From an uncultured Oscillospiraceae bacterium (GTDB taxonomy: Bacteria > Bacillota > Clostridia > Oscillospirales > Acutalibacteraceae), in NCBI GenBank assembly GCA_963931525.1, contig OZ007023.1, forward strand, positions 1,878,993-1,942,992: DNA of 64,000 nucleotides, written 5' to 3'. Below the pieces are notes generated by a model. It made no database searches, was not told the DNA's origin, and was given only the letters and a program-made list of their open reading frames with translations. The translations under genes and the position numbers were made by a program. Shown piece by piece: positions 26,157 to 34,433 of the stretch (the stretch's first letter is position 1; every line of letters begins with the position of its first letter).

Positions 26157-27743
26157 TTATGTATTTTCTTTCGCGGCGCGGAGCTGTTCGCTGATTCGGA
26201 ACTCCTTGCCGTCGGCACCGAGGTGATAGAGCGGAACGCGTTTGACGTTCCATTTGCGTTTTTCAAGCCGGGAGTAGTACACGCCCGTCTTGCGCCAATA
26301 GGTCTTGAGCCAATCGAGCCGCTTATGGAAATCCTTGTAGCGGCGCAATTCAGGCTTTGTCCACGCGACCTCCGCGACGGCGGCGATGCGCGGGAACATG
26401 GCGAACTGCAGCGCCTGCTCGGAATCGAGCCACTCCGACCAATGCGTACACTCTATGCCGCGCACGCGCTGGTTCGGCTTGCTGAAACCGACCTTGGATG
26501 GCTTAAAGCTGTATGTCTTTTTCAGCGGGATGTTCGCATAAGAAATATCCAGATAGAAAAAGGCGTCCGGCGACAAAATGAAGTCGCGCTTATAGGATTG
26601 CGCACGCACCGCGCTGCGGTTGAACGGGTGCCAGAACTGGCAGATGATGCTTTCGTCAAAGCCGTCGCCGATGCAGTCGTTCCACGCGATGGTGGTTTTT
26701 CCGTATTTCTTGACGATCTCGTTGACGCGGCTCATAAACAGCCCCTGCAGCGCCTTGCCGTCCTTTAAGCCGTTCTCCTCCATAAGCGCGCGGCACTTCG
26801 GGCATTTTTCCCAGACCTTATGTCCCTTCGACGCCTCGTCGCCGCCGATGTGGAAATATTTGCCGGGAAACAGCGCGCAAAGCTCGCCGAACAGGGTATC
26901 TAAGAAGGCATAGACCTCGTCGTTCCCGGCGCAGAGGATCGTGTCGAAGATCCCGTTCTCACAAGCGACCTCCACCGATTCGCCGAAGCAGGAAAGCTGC
27001 GGATACGCCGCAAGGATCGCCGTGGTGTGCCCGGGGATGTCGAATTCGGGGATCACGTCGATGTGCAGCGACGCGGCGTAAGCCACGACCTCGCGGATCT
27101 CCTCTTGCGTATAGTAGTGGAAATATTCCCCGCCGCGGTGCTCCAGCCCGCAGCCTTCAAAGCCCGCGTATTTGCGCTTCGCGCCGACAGACGTAAGCTC
27201 GGGGAACAGCTTGCTTTCCACGCGGAAGCCCTGGTCGTCGGAAAGGTGCCAGTGCAGCGTGTTGAGCTTGAGCATCGCCATGGAATCGAGCACGCGCTTC
27301 ACAATATCCTTGCCGAAGAAATGGCGCGCGTCGTCGATCTGTACCCCACGGTATTTATAAAGCGGCGCATCCTCAATGAAAAGCCCTTCCACGGTCGCTT
27401 TGCCGTTCTGCTTTTTTGCCTGCATCAAAATCGTGCGCAGCGTCACAGCACCGTAAAACGCACCCGACGGGTCGGAGGCCTCAATCAAAATGCCCTCATT
27501 CGAAACGCGCAGGCGGTAGCTTTCCGCTGCCATCCCCTCCGCCTTTTTGATCTTGATCGCGCCCTCGTCCTCACGCGGCTTGGTCTTCAGATAAGCGGTC
27601 AAATAATTCCCTGCATCCAAAAATTCCTTTGCACAAAGCACCTGTGTGCCCGACGACACGGTATAGCTGCCCGGCTCCTTCGTATAGCGGTTGGGCTTGG
27701 GCACGATATTATATTTCAGCACAACAATTCCTCCCGGAAGCAT
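26157..27743 (-). CDS. Beta-N-acetylhexosaminidase (GH20)
   Basis: LNTLHWHLSDDQGFRVES and FHIGGDE catalytic blocks. The start is approximate (MLPGG or the nearby VLKYNIVPKP). Confidence 0.9.
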   Translation of the reverse strand: MLPGGIVVLKYNIVPKPNRYTKEPGSYTVSSGTQVLCAKEFLDAGNYLTAYLKTKPREDEGAIKIKKAEGMAAESYRLRVSNEGILIEASDPSGAFYGAVTLRTILMQAKKQNGKATVEGLFIEDAPLYKYRGVQIDDARHFFGKDIVKRVLDSMAMLKLNTLHWHLSDDQGFRVESKLFPELTSVGAKRKYAGFEGCGLEHRGGEYFHYYTQEEIREVVAYAASLHIDVIPEFDIPGHTTAILAAYPQLSCFGESVEVACENGIFDTILCAGNDEVYAFLDTLFGELCALFPGKYFHIGGDEASKGHKVWEKCPKCRALMEENGLKDGKALQGLFMSRVNEIVKKYGKTTIAWNDCIGDGFDESIICQFWHPFNRSAVRAQSYKRDFILSPDAFFYLDISYANIPLKKTYSFKPSKVGFSKPNQRVRGIECTHWSEWLDSEQALQFAMFPRIAAVAEVAWTKPELRRYKDFHKRLDWLKTYWRKTGVYYSRLEKRKWNVKRVPLYHLGADGKEFRISEQLRAAKENT

Positions 27744-27829
27744 GCGGATCCCCGCGCGAAAATATCCCGTGCACCGACATACAGCGCACAAAGACATTAT
27801 GACAAATCACGCGGGGTTTTGCAAGCCTT

Positions 27830-28468
27830 TTATCGGATTTTCTCGGCGATTTTTTCAAAGAGCTCCACGATCTTAAAACGCGCTTCAAACCGGGGGCTGC
27901 GCGTCACGACGTCCTCCTCTTCATCGGTCAGCGCATCGTCGAGCGTCACCTCGCCCTCGGCGGCAGGCAGGCAAAGCGGCGGGAACATCACGCACCACCA
28001 ATTTTGTCCCTCGCCGTTTCCGAGGATGACCCGCACCGCCGTGTAAACGCCCGCGGGCAGCGTTACCGCGTCGTCATAGGTACGCGTTGCAAAAAAGTCC
28101 TGCCCGATCTCGACCGTGACGCCGTAATCCATACCGTTTTCCGCGAGCACGTCCTCTGCCGCTTTTTGCAGATGGTCGATATCGCTTTGCAGCACCTGCT
28201 GCGCGTCCTCGACGGTCATCGTTCCGTCGAACAGCGCGCCGCCCGCTTCCAGCACCGCGTCGCGCACTTTGAGCTTGACCGCCTGGTCTGCTTCGCTGTC
28301 GGAATTGGCGATAACATGCATGCGAAGCACATCCTCTCGCACTTGCCCGCATACCGCACCGAACGACGTGACGCTCAGCAATGCGGCGATCAGGAAGCCG
28401 CAGAGTACGGACAGCTCCGCTTTGCGGCGGGTCTCTTTGGTCAGGCGGAATTTTCGTTTTGTCTGCAT
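27830..28468 (-). CDS. spoIIR: Stage II sporulation protein R
   Basis: LRMHVIANSDSEADQAVKLKVRDAVL and WWCVMFPPLC signatures, with an N-terminal TM helix. Start at MQTKRKF. Confidence 0.88.
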   Translation of the reverse strand: MQTKRKFRLTKETRRKAELSVLCGFLIAALLSVTSFGAVCGQVREDVLRMHVIANSDSEADQAVKLKVRDAVLEAGGALFDGTMTVEDAQQVLQSDIDHLQKAAEDVLAENGMDYGVTVEIGQDFFATRTYDDAVTLPAGVYTAVRVILGNGEGQNWWCVMFPPLCLPAAEGEVTLDDALTDEEEDVVTRSPRFEARFKIVELFEKIAEKIR

Positions 28469-28542
28469 ATATGTTTCAATCCTTTCGTTTTGAAAAGCGG
28501 TTTTGCTTCTCGCAACAAAAGGATTGACGGGATTCAAACGAT

Positions 28543-28986
28543 TTATACAATATTTTCCTGTTCCCGCCGCCAGCGCATCCACAATTCGGGTTCTCCTGTA
28601 TTTTCATCCGTCGATATACACTGCAAAGCAAAGCCCTCGCGCCCGTAAAATGCGGCGGCACGTGTGTTCTTTTGGTAGACACAGAGCGTAAGAACAGGAT
28701 ACTTTGTCTTAGCAAAGTCCAAAAGCGCTTTGCCGATCCCCTGTCCGCGGCAGGTTTCATCTACAAAAAGCCCTTCGATATGCCCGTCGCAAAGCCCGAT
28801 AAACCCACGCACAAGATCGTTTTCCTTAGCTGTGTATACCTCGCTTTGCGGCAGCTGATTTTCCACAGCGGGCAGGTTGCTTTCCCAATACGTTTTTGGG
28901 ATAAAGGCGTGCGCCTGTAAATTTCCGGAAAGCCAGATCCGCAAAACCGCCTGTAAATCGGCGGTGTGCAGACGTTCAATATGCAT
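28543..28986 (-). CDS. GNAT-family N-acetyltransferase
   Basis: Start MHIERLHTADL. Acetyl-CoA loop is LFVDETCRGQGIGKALLDFA. Confidence 0.85.
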   Translation of the reverse strand: MHIERLHTADLQAVLRIWLSGNLQAHAFIPKTYWESNLPAVENQLPQSEVYTAKENDLVRGFIGLCDGHIEGLFVDETCRGQGIGKALLDFAKTKYPVLTLCVYQKNTRAAAFYGREGFALQCISTDENTGEPELWMRWRREQENIV

Positions 28987-29041
28987 AGGTTTATTCCCTT
29001 CAAAAAAGGCGGCAGGATTTCCCGCCGCCTTTGCAAAATCG

Positions 29042-30490
29042 TTATTTGAGCACGCTGATGGCGTCGGTGATGGTTTTTTCCATCGCCTCGCGGCCGTATT
29101 TGTCGACCTCATTCTTGTCGCGCGCTTCATGTGTTAAGCAGCCTGCGCCGCCGATACACCCGCCGACGCACGCCATACCCTCGATAAAGTTGTTCGGGAG
29201 CACGCCTTTCGACGCTTTAAGAAGCGCCAGACGGCATTCCTCAATGCCGTCGCAGGCGATCGGCTTATAGTCAAAGTCAATATTCTGCTCTTTCAGCGCC
29301 TGCTCCACCGCGTCGCGAAGTCCGCCGCTGCGCGCGAAAATACGTCCGAAATACGAAGCATTGTCGAGCGCCTCCTCGGGCAGTGCGGAAAAGTCGATGT
29401 CGCGGCTGTCAAACAGCGCCTGCAATTCCTCGAAGGTCAAAACGGAATCTACGATGGGCTTGACGCGATCGAGCTGGATCTCCATCTTCTTCGCCGTGCA
29501 GGGCCCGATAAAGACGATCTTGCAGTCCGGCTCACGATCGCGGATATATTTTGCGATCGTCGCCATGGGCGAAAGGTTATGGGAGATGTTGTCCGCGAGC
29601 TTCGGGAAGCTCTTGCGGATATAATCTACGAACGCAGGACAGCATGAGCTTGTTAAAAAGCCCTTTTCCGCAAGCTCCTGCGCTTCGGTATAGGACACCA
29701 TATCCGCGCCGAGCGCCGCTTCGATGACGCTGTAAAAGCCGAGCTTTTTGATCGCGGCAATGACCTGCCCGAGCTTGGCATAGGTAAATTGGCTCGCGAT
29801 AGAGGGCGCGACGATGGCATAGGTCTTATATGCCGTATTGTTTTGGCTCTTTTTAAGCATGCTGATAACATCCAGAATATAGGATTTATCGGCAATCGCG
29901 CCGAACGGGCACATATATTCGCACGCGCCGCAGGAAATGCACTTATCGTTGTCAATGTGTGCGGCGCGCATCTCGTCGTTTTTCATGGAGATCGCCTTGA
30001 CCTTACAGGCGCGCTCACACGGGCGAACATAATTGGTGATCGCCGAATACGGGCAGACCTTGGCGCATGCGCCGCAGTTGACGCACTTGGTTTTGTCGAT
30101 GTGCGCCTTCTGGTTCTCGTCAAAGGTGATCGCGTCTTTCGGGCAGACATCCTCACAGCGGTGCGCGATGCAGCCGCGGCAGTCCTGCGAGACCTGATAG
30201 CCGCTGGCTGGGCATTCGTCGCAGGCGATCTCAATGACCTCAATGACATTGGGGTTGGTCTTATCCCCGCCGCATGCCATTTTGATACGCTCGGCAATGA
30301 CGGCGCGCTCTTTGTAAACACAGCAGCGCATGGTGGCTTTCGGACCGGGCGCCACGACCTTTGCAATATCGTTGAAGCTGTTGGCGAGCTGGAATTCGTC
30401 GCCGTCAAAAGCAATGCGCGCCACCTCACGCAGCACCTTGTATTTCAGGTACTGCACCTTGGTATCAAATTTGCGTCCTTCTTTTCCCAT
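29042..30490 (-). CDS. [FeFe]-hydrogenase catalytic subunit with N-terminal [4Fe-4S] ferredoxin-like domains (HfsD/HydA2-like)
   Basis: H-cluster motifs TSSCCPAF (L1), GPCTAKKME (L2) and EGMACVGGCIGG (L3). Several CxxCxxCxxxCP clusters are present. Confidence 0.9.
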   Translation of the reverse strand: MGKEGRKFDTKVQYLKYKVLREVARIAFDGDEFQLANSFNDIAKVVAPGPKATMRCCVYKERAVIAERIKMACGGDKTNPNVIEVIEIACDECPASGYQVSQDCRGCIAHRCEDVCPKDAITFDENQKAHIDKTKCVNCGACAKVCPYSAITNYVRPCERACKVKAISMKNDEMRAAHIDNDKCISCGACEYMCPFGAIADKSYILDVISMLKKSQNNTAYKTYAIVAPSIASQFTYAKLGQVIAAIKKLGFYSVIEAALGADMVSYTEAQELAEKGFLTSSCCPAFVDYIRKSFPKLADNISHNLSPMATIAKYIRDREPDCKIVFIGPCTAKKMEIQLDRVKPIVDSVLTFEELQALFDSRDIDFSALPEEALDNASYFGRIFARSGGLRDAVEQALKEQNIDFDYKPIACDGIEECRLALLKASKGVLPNNFIEGMACVGGCIGGAGCLTHEARDKNEVDKYGREAMEKTITDAISVLK

Positions 30491-30503
30491 TCCGGTTTCT
30501 CCT

Positions 30504-31676
30504 CTAAAAATAGCTGACCTTCACGCGCTTGCCAAGCGATTTCAGCCGCTCGGAAAGTTCTTCCACCAAATGCATTTTGATGTTGAAGTTGATCGGAAGG
30601 TCGGGATTCTGATGCGCGGGGTTGACCGCCGTACCGACGAAGAAATTGACATCGGTCGCCTCTTCCAAAAGCAGCCGCGCTATACGCGAAGCGCCGTCCT
30701 CCTTGACGCTCCAATCCGCATAAATGCTGTCCGCCTCGCCGTAGCTGTTGGCATATTCCAGCACGCGGCTCATGGTGATGACACCCTCGGTGACCAGATC
30801 GACGCCCTCGATCTTTGCGATGGGCGGGATGTCGGGGTCGAGGTAGTCGAGCTGCGTTTCCACAGGCTTGCCTAAGAATTCCCCCGCAAGCGTGGAGGTC
30901 GTACCGCCGCTGACGATGTGCTTGCCCTCTTTTGCAAAGAACAGGGTCATCATCTTATTGACATCCTTGGGGTCGCGCGGCGGCCCGAACAGCAGATTGA
31001 CGGATTTGCGCCGACGGATCTTGACGGTGCAAACGGTGGTGTCATCCCCCGGTTTTCCGCCGTACAATCGGCAGCACTCGTCCAGAAGCAGAGACGAAAC
31101 AGTCTTTGCGGTGAAATCCGGACGAACCATTTTTTCAAGGAATTCTACAATCTCCTCGCGCTGCCAGCCGAAGTTCATCGTTGTGCCGACGCCCGCCCAG
31201 ATCGCGCCGTCGCTGGTAAATACCAGAAAATCGTTTTCGTGCAGATCGATTTTTGTTTTATAAATCGTCTTGCCGTCGATCTTCGTCTCGGTCTGGGGAT
31301 AGTCAAAGCTTTTGCCGTCGCGCAGCAATATGAGCTTCGGGTTATCATATTGTATAATTTCTGCCTCGCGGTTGTCAATAGTTCTGACGATGGTAAATGT
31401 AGAATATGCAACTTTTCGCACTTCGCAGATAGGCAAGGTGGCGGCGATGGTATCGACGCATGATTCAAGGCTCATGCCGTTGGCAACCATGGTGGAAATG
31501 ATCGTCGAGGTCAGCGTAGACAAAATGCTCGCTTTCACCCCGCTGCCGAGACCGTCCGCCAAGACCACCACATGGCTGTCGTCGCTTTGGTCGATGACCT
31601 CCACATGGTCCCCGCAGAGCTGCTCGCCGAATTTGTTGACGCTCATAAAGCCGATGTCTGTACAAAGGTCATTCAT
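30504..31676 (-). CDS. PP2C/SpoIIE-family serine phosphatase with an extra C-terminal domain (HfsC-like)
   Basis: FGEQLCGDHVEV...VVLADGLGSGVKASI...FTSDG...GDDTTV are SpoIIE-type phosphatase blocks. It overlaps the end of hydS by 8 nt. Confidence 0.88.
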   Translation of the reverse strand: MNDLCTDIGFMSVNKFGEQLCGDHVEVIDQSDDSHVVVLADGLGSGVKASILSTLTSTIISTMVANGMSLESCVDTIAATLPICEVRKVAYSTFTIVRTIDNREAEIIQYDNPKLILLRDGKSFDYPQTETKIDGKTIYKTKIDLHENDFLVFTSDGAIWAGVGTTMNFGWQREEIVEFLEKMVRPDFTAKTVSSLLLDECCRLYGGKPGDDTTVCTVKIRRRKSVNLLFGPPRDPKDVNKMMTLFFAKEGKHIVSGGTTSTLAGEFLGKPVETQLDYLDPDIPPIAKIEGVDLVTEGVITMSRVLEYANSYGEADSIYADWSVKEDGASRIARLLLEEATDVNFFVGTAVNPAHQNPDLPINFNIKMHLVEELSERLKSLGKRVKVSYF

Positions 31677-33357
31677 CTTTGAGAGACTCCTTCAGATTGG
31701 TCAGAGCAATTTTGGTTTCCGCCGTGGTCTCGCCCAAGAGCGAGGCGATCTCCTGCACGATACGCATCTGCTTTTCGATCACCTTATCCGTGACCTCGAT
31801 GGTATGGCGGCTGATCTCCTCTTTTTTCGCCTTTTCCTTTTCCTCTTCCGTAATGTCGCGCATGATGCACATAAGGATGTGGTACAGGCGGTCGTAAATA
31901 ATGGTCTCCTCAACGTATTTGTCGTACTCCGCAAGATAGACGCGCTTGTCGTGGATGCCCACCCCGCCCGAAAGGACTTCGATGAAATCAAACGGTTCGA
32001 GAATGCGCACGACCGGCTCGCCGAGAACATCGTTCTGATTGCGGATATTGAGGATCTGCCGTGCGGCGGCGTTGATCTGCTGCACTTCCATATCCTCGTT
32101 GAGGATCAAAATGCCGTTGGGCGTATTCTGAATGATGGTATCGGAGAAGGTCTCCGCCTTTTCTTTAAGGAACGGCAGGCACATGGAAAGCTCCGCCTTG
32201 CCGTCGAGCACTGCCTGCGCCTTTTCACGGCAGGTGTTGTAGCCGCACGAGCCGCAGTTGAGCTCATCCTCAGGGCGCACCTTGCCCATTTTGCGCAAGA
32301 TCTCCTCAATAGCGCGGCTGCCCGCGCGCGGTTTTTCTTTTTTGAGATAGATCAGGTTTTTCGCAAGCTCCGCGCTCTCGGGCTGTTCGACGGGAAAATC
32401 CGCACCTTCTGCTTTTTTAGCATATTTCTCCACCGCAAGGTAACCCTGCACGGGCGCACGGTGCGACCGGCGCATGGTAGGCCCCCCGATGCAGCTGCCG
32501 GGGCACGCGGACATTTCGATAAAGCAGTTGTGTACGTTCCCGTTGATGACGTCCTGGATCGCGTTGATACACGCCGACATACCGTCCACTGCAAGGTAGC
32601 TGTATTTCGGGCTGTCGCAGCGCATGGATTTGAGGATGCCGCCGGCCGTCGGGAAAAAGCGCGCCTTGCCCGCAGGCTCATCGTCCTCCGGGACTGGCTC
32701 AGGCGTGATCCCCGCTTCGGCGAACCACTCGTCCAGTTCTTCAAAGGTGAGCACGCAGTCCACGATGCCGGGGTAGTCCTCGCCCTCCGCTTTTTTGGAG
32801 ATGCACGGCCCGATAAAGAGTGTCTTGGCGCCCGGATGCTCTTTTTTGAGAAGCGAGCAGTGCGCCTGCATGGGCGACTGCACCTTGGCAAGACAGGGAA
32901 GCGCCTCGGTAAAATGCTTTTGTATGAGCAAATTGACCGTATGGCAGCAAGTGGCGATGATGACGTCCTGCGTCCCCTCGTCTGCCATGCGGTCATATTC
33001 GTTTTTCACCATGGTCGCGCCGACGGCAGTCTCCTGCGCATCAGCAAATCCAAGCTGCATGAGCGCTTTGCGCATACCCGCAATGCCGACGCCCTCGTAG
33101 TTTGCGGCAAACGAGGGCGCCAGACTTACATATACGGGCGCGTCGCCCGCGAGCAGCGCCTTCGCAGATGATAAATCATTGCGAATTTCCTTGGCGTTCT
33201 GCGGGCAGGCGACAAAGCACATTCCGCAAAGGACGCATTCGTCCTCGATGATCTGCGCCTGCGAACCCGAAAAGCTGATGGATTTCACCGGGCAGTTGCG
33301 GATACATTTGTAGCAGTTTTTGCAGTTGGACTTTTTCAGGTTGATATAGTTGGACAT
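31669..33357 (-). CDS. Sensory-type [FeFe]-hydrogenase homologue with a C-terminal PAS domain (HydS/HfsB-like)
   Basis: Two N-terminal 4Fe-4S motifs. H-domain motifs ATCCHTV, GPCISKKAE and EMSACPGSCIGG, plus an extra CGSCGYNTC motif. This is followed by a PAS-like segment (IIQNTPNGILILNEDMEVQQINAAARQIL) and a coiled tail. Confidence 0.88.
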   Translation of the reverse strand: MSNYINLKKSNCKNCYKCIRNCPVKSISFSGSQAQIIEDECVLCGMCFVACPQNAKEIRNDLSSAKALLAGDAPVYVSLAPSFAANYEGVGIAGMRKALMQLGFADAQETAVGATMVKNEYDRMADEGTQDVIIATCCHTVNLLIQKHFTEALPCLAKVQSPMQAHCSLLKKEHPGAKTLFIGPCISKKAEGEDYPGIVDCVLTFEELDEWFAEAGITPEPVPEDDEPAGKARFFPTAGGILKSMRCDSPKYSYLAVDGMSACINAIQDVINGNVHNCFIEMSACPGSCIGGPTMRRSHRAPVQGYLAVEKYAKKAEGADFPVEQPESAELAKNLIYLKKEKPRAGSRAIEEILRKMGKVRPEDELNCGSCGYNTCREKAQAVLDGKAELSMCLPFLKEKAETFSDTIIQNTPNGILILNEDMEVQQINAAARQILNIRNQNDVLGEPVVRILEPFDFIEVLSGGVGIHDKRVYLAEYDKYVEETIIYDRLYHILMCIMRDITEEEKEKAKKEEISRHTIEVTDKVIEKQMRIVQEIASLLGETTAETKIALTNLKESLKDE

Positions 33358-33398
33358 ATCGATCCCCCGATTCCGTCTGCAAGTGTTCTGTTATTTTG

Positions 33399-33638
33399 TT
33401 ACAGCTTCGCAAGCACGTTCTGCTTGAAGAAATCATCGACCGTTTCGGGAGAAACCGAGAACAGCTCGTCATCCACGGTCACGGAAACGCCGTTGCGGCA
33501 GTTGCCCATGCAGAATTTCCCGCTGAGCTCCACACGGTCTTTGAGGTCGTTCTCCGCCACAAGCTGCTGCAGCCGCTCGACCACGGCGCGCGAGCCCTTC
33601 AGATGGCAGGAGCTTCCGATACAGACAGTCACTTTCAT
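33399..33638 (-). CDS. Thioredoxin-like [2Fe-2S] ferredoxin (NuoE/HydC-type; HfsA-like)
   Basis: 79 aa. Cys pattern CIGSSC ... CMGNC. Confidence 0.8.
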   Translation of the reverse strand: MKVTVCIGSSCHLKGSRAVVERLQQLVAENDLKDRVELSGKFCMGNCRNGVSVTVDDELFSVSPETVDDFFKQNVLAKL

Positions 33639-33671
33639 CGCTGATTCTCCTTTATACAGTGCTGCGGACGC

Positions 33672-34421
33672 TTATTCGTAGTCCACAACGTCCAGCCACT
33701 TCATAAGCAGCTCTTTTTCCTCCGGGTTACGCTTGACGCTTTGGGAGGCGGCGACGATCGGCAGCCATTTCTGGACATACTGCTTTGCCGTATCGCTCTT
33801 TTTGCAGAACAGGTTAAGATACTTTTCCGCCAACTCCGTCTCGCCCTTCAAATAGAAGACCAAATAGGTGCGCGCTGCGTCCGCAGAGGCGTTGCCCTGT
33901 GTGACATGCGCCCAGTCAATGATATAGTTGACGCCGTCATCCCCGACGATGACGTTGCTCGGGCGGAAATCGCCGTGGCAGACCTTGTTGTGCTTGGGCA
34001 TGCCCTCCAAGCGCGTATGCAGCTCATAGCGCGTGGTGGCATCAAGGTCGGTCTCGTTGATCTTGCGGTTCATCTTATCCTTGAGCTTATTGAGCAGCGG
34101 CGCTTTCTGGTTGTGGATGCGCAGCTGGATGTCCACGAACAGCTCCAGATATTCATCGACCTTTTCCGGATGTTCGTCCATGAGCTGACCGAGGGTCTTG
34201 CCCTCGATGTATTCGGACGCGATCGCCCATTTGCCGTCTACAACGCCGACTTCCAGCAGCTTCGGCACGGGCAGACCCGTTTCCTCGGCGCGCGCCTGAT
34301 TGAGCGCTTCATTGAGGATATCGGACTTTTTGTAGTCCTCGTCGAACACTTTGACGGCACGGTTGCCGTCACGATAAACGGTTTTCGCGGTACGGACCGC
34401 AATGACCTTTTCGAGTTTCAT
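33672..34421 (-). CDS. Protein-kinase-fold phosphotransferase (APH/choline-kinase-like)
   Basis: 249 aa. Catalytic loop is HGDFRPSNVIV and the metal-binding motif is IIDWAHV. Confidence 0.8.
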   Translation of the reverse strand: MKLEKVIAVRTAKTVYRDGNRAVKVFDEDYKKSDILNEALNQARAEETGLPVPKLLEVGVVDGKWAIASEYIEGKTLGQLMDEHPEKVDEYLELFVDIQLRIHNQKAPLLNKLKDKMNRKINETDLDATTRYELHTRLEGMPKHNKVCHGDFRPSNVIVGDDGVNYIIDWAHVTQGNASADAARTYLVFYLKGETELAEKYLNLFCKKSDTAKQYVQKWLPIVAASQSVKRNPEEKELLMKWLDVVDYE

Positions 34422-34433
34422 ATATGCTCCTCC

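Noticed and set aside
29042-33357. Selenocysteine or other recoding in the hydrogenase genes.
   Set aside because: Both ORFs are uninterrupted with no in-frame TGA, and [FeFe]-hydrogenases are not selenoproteins.
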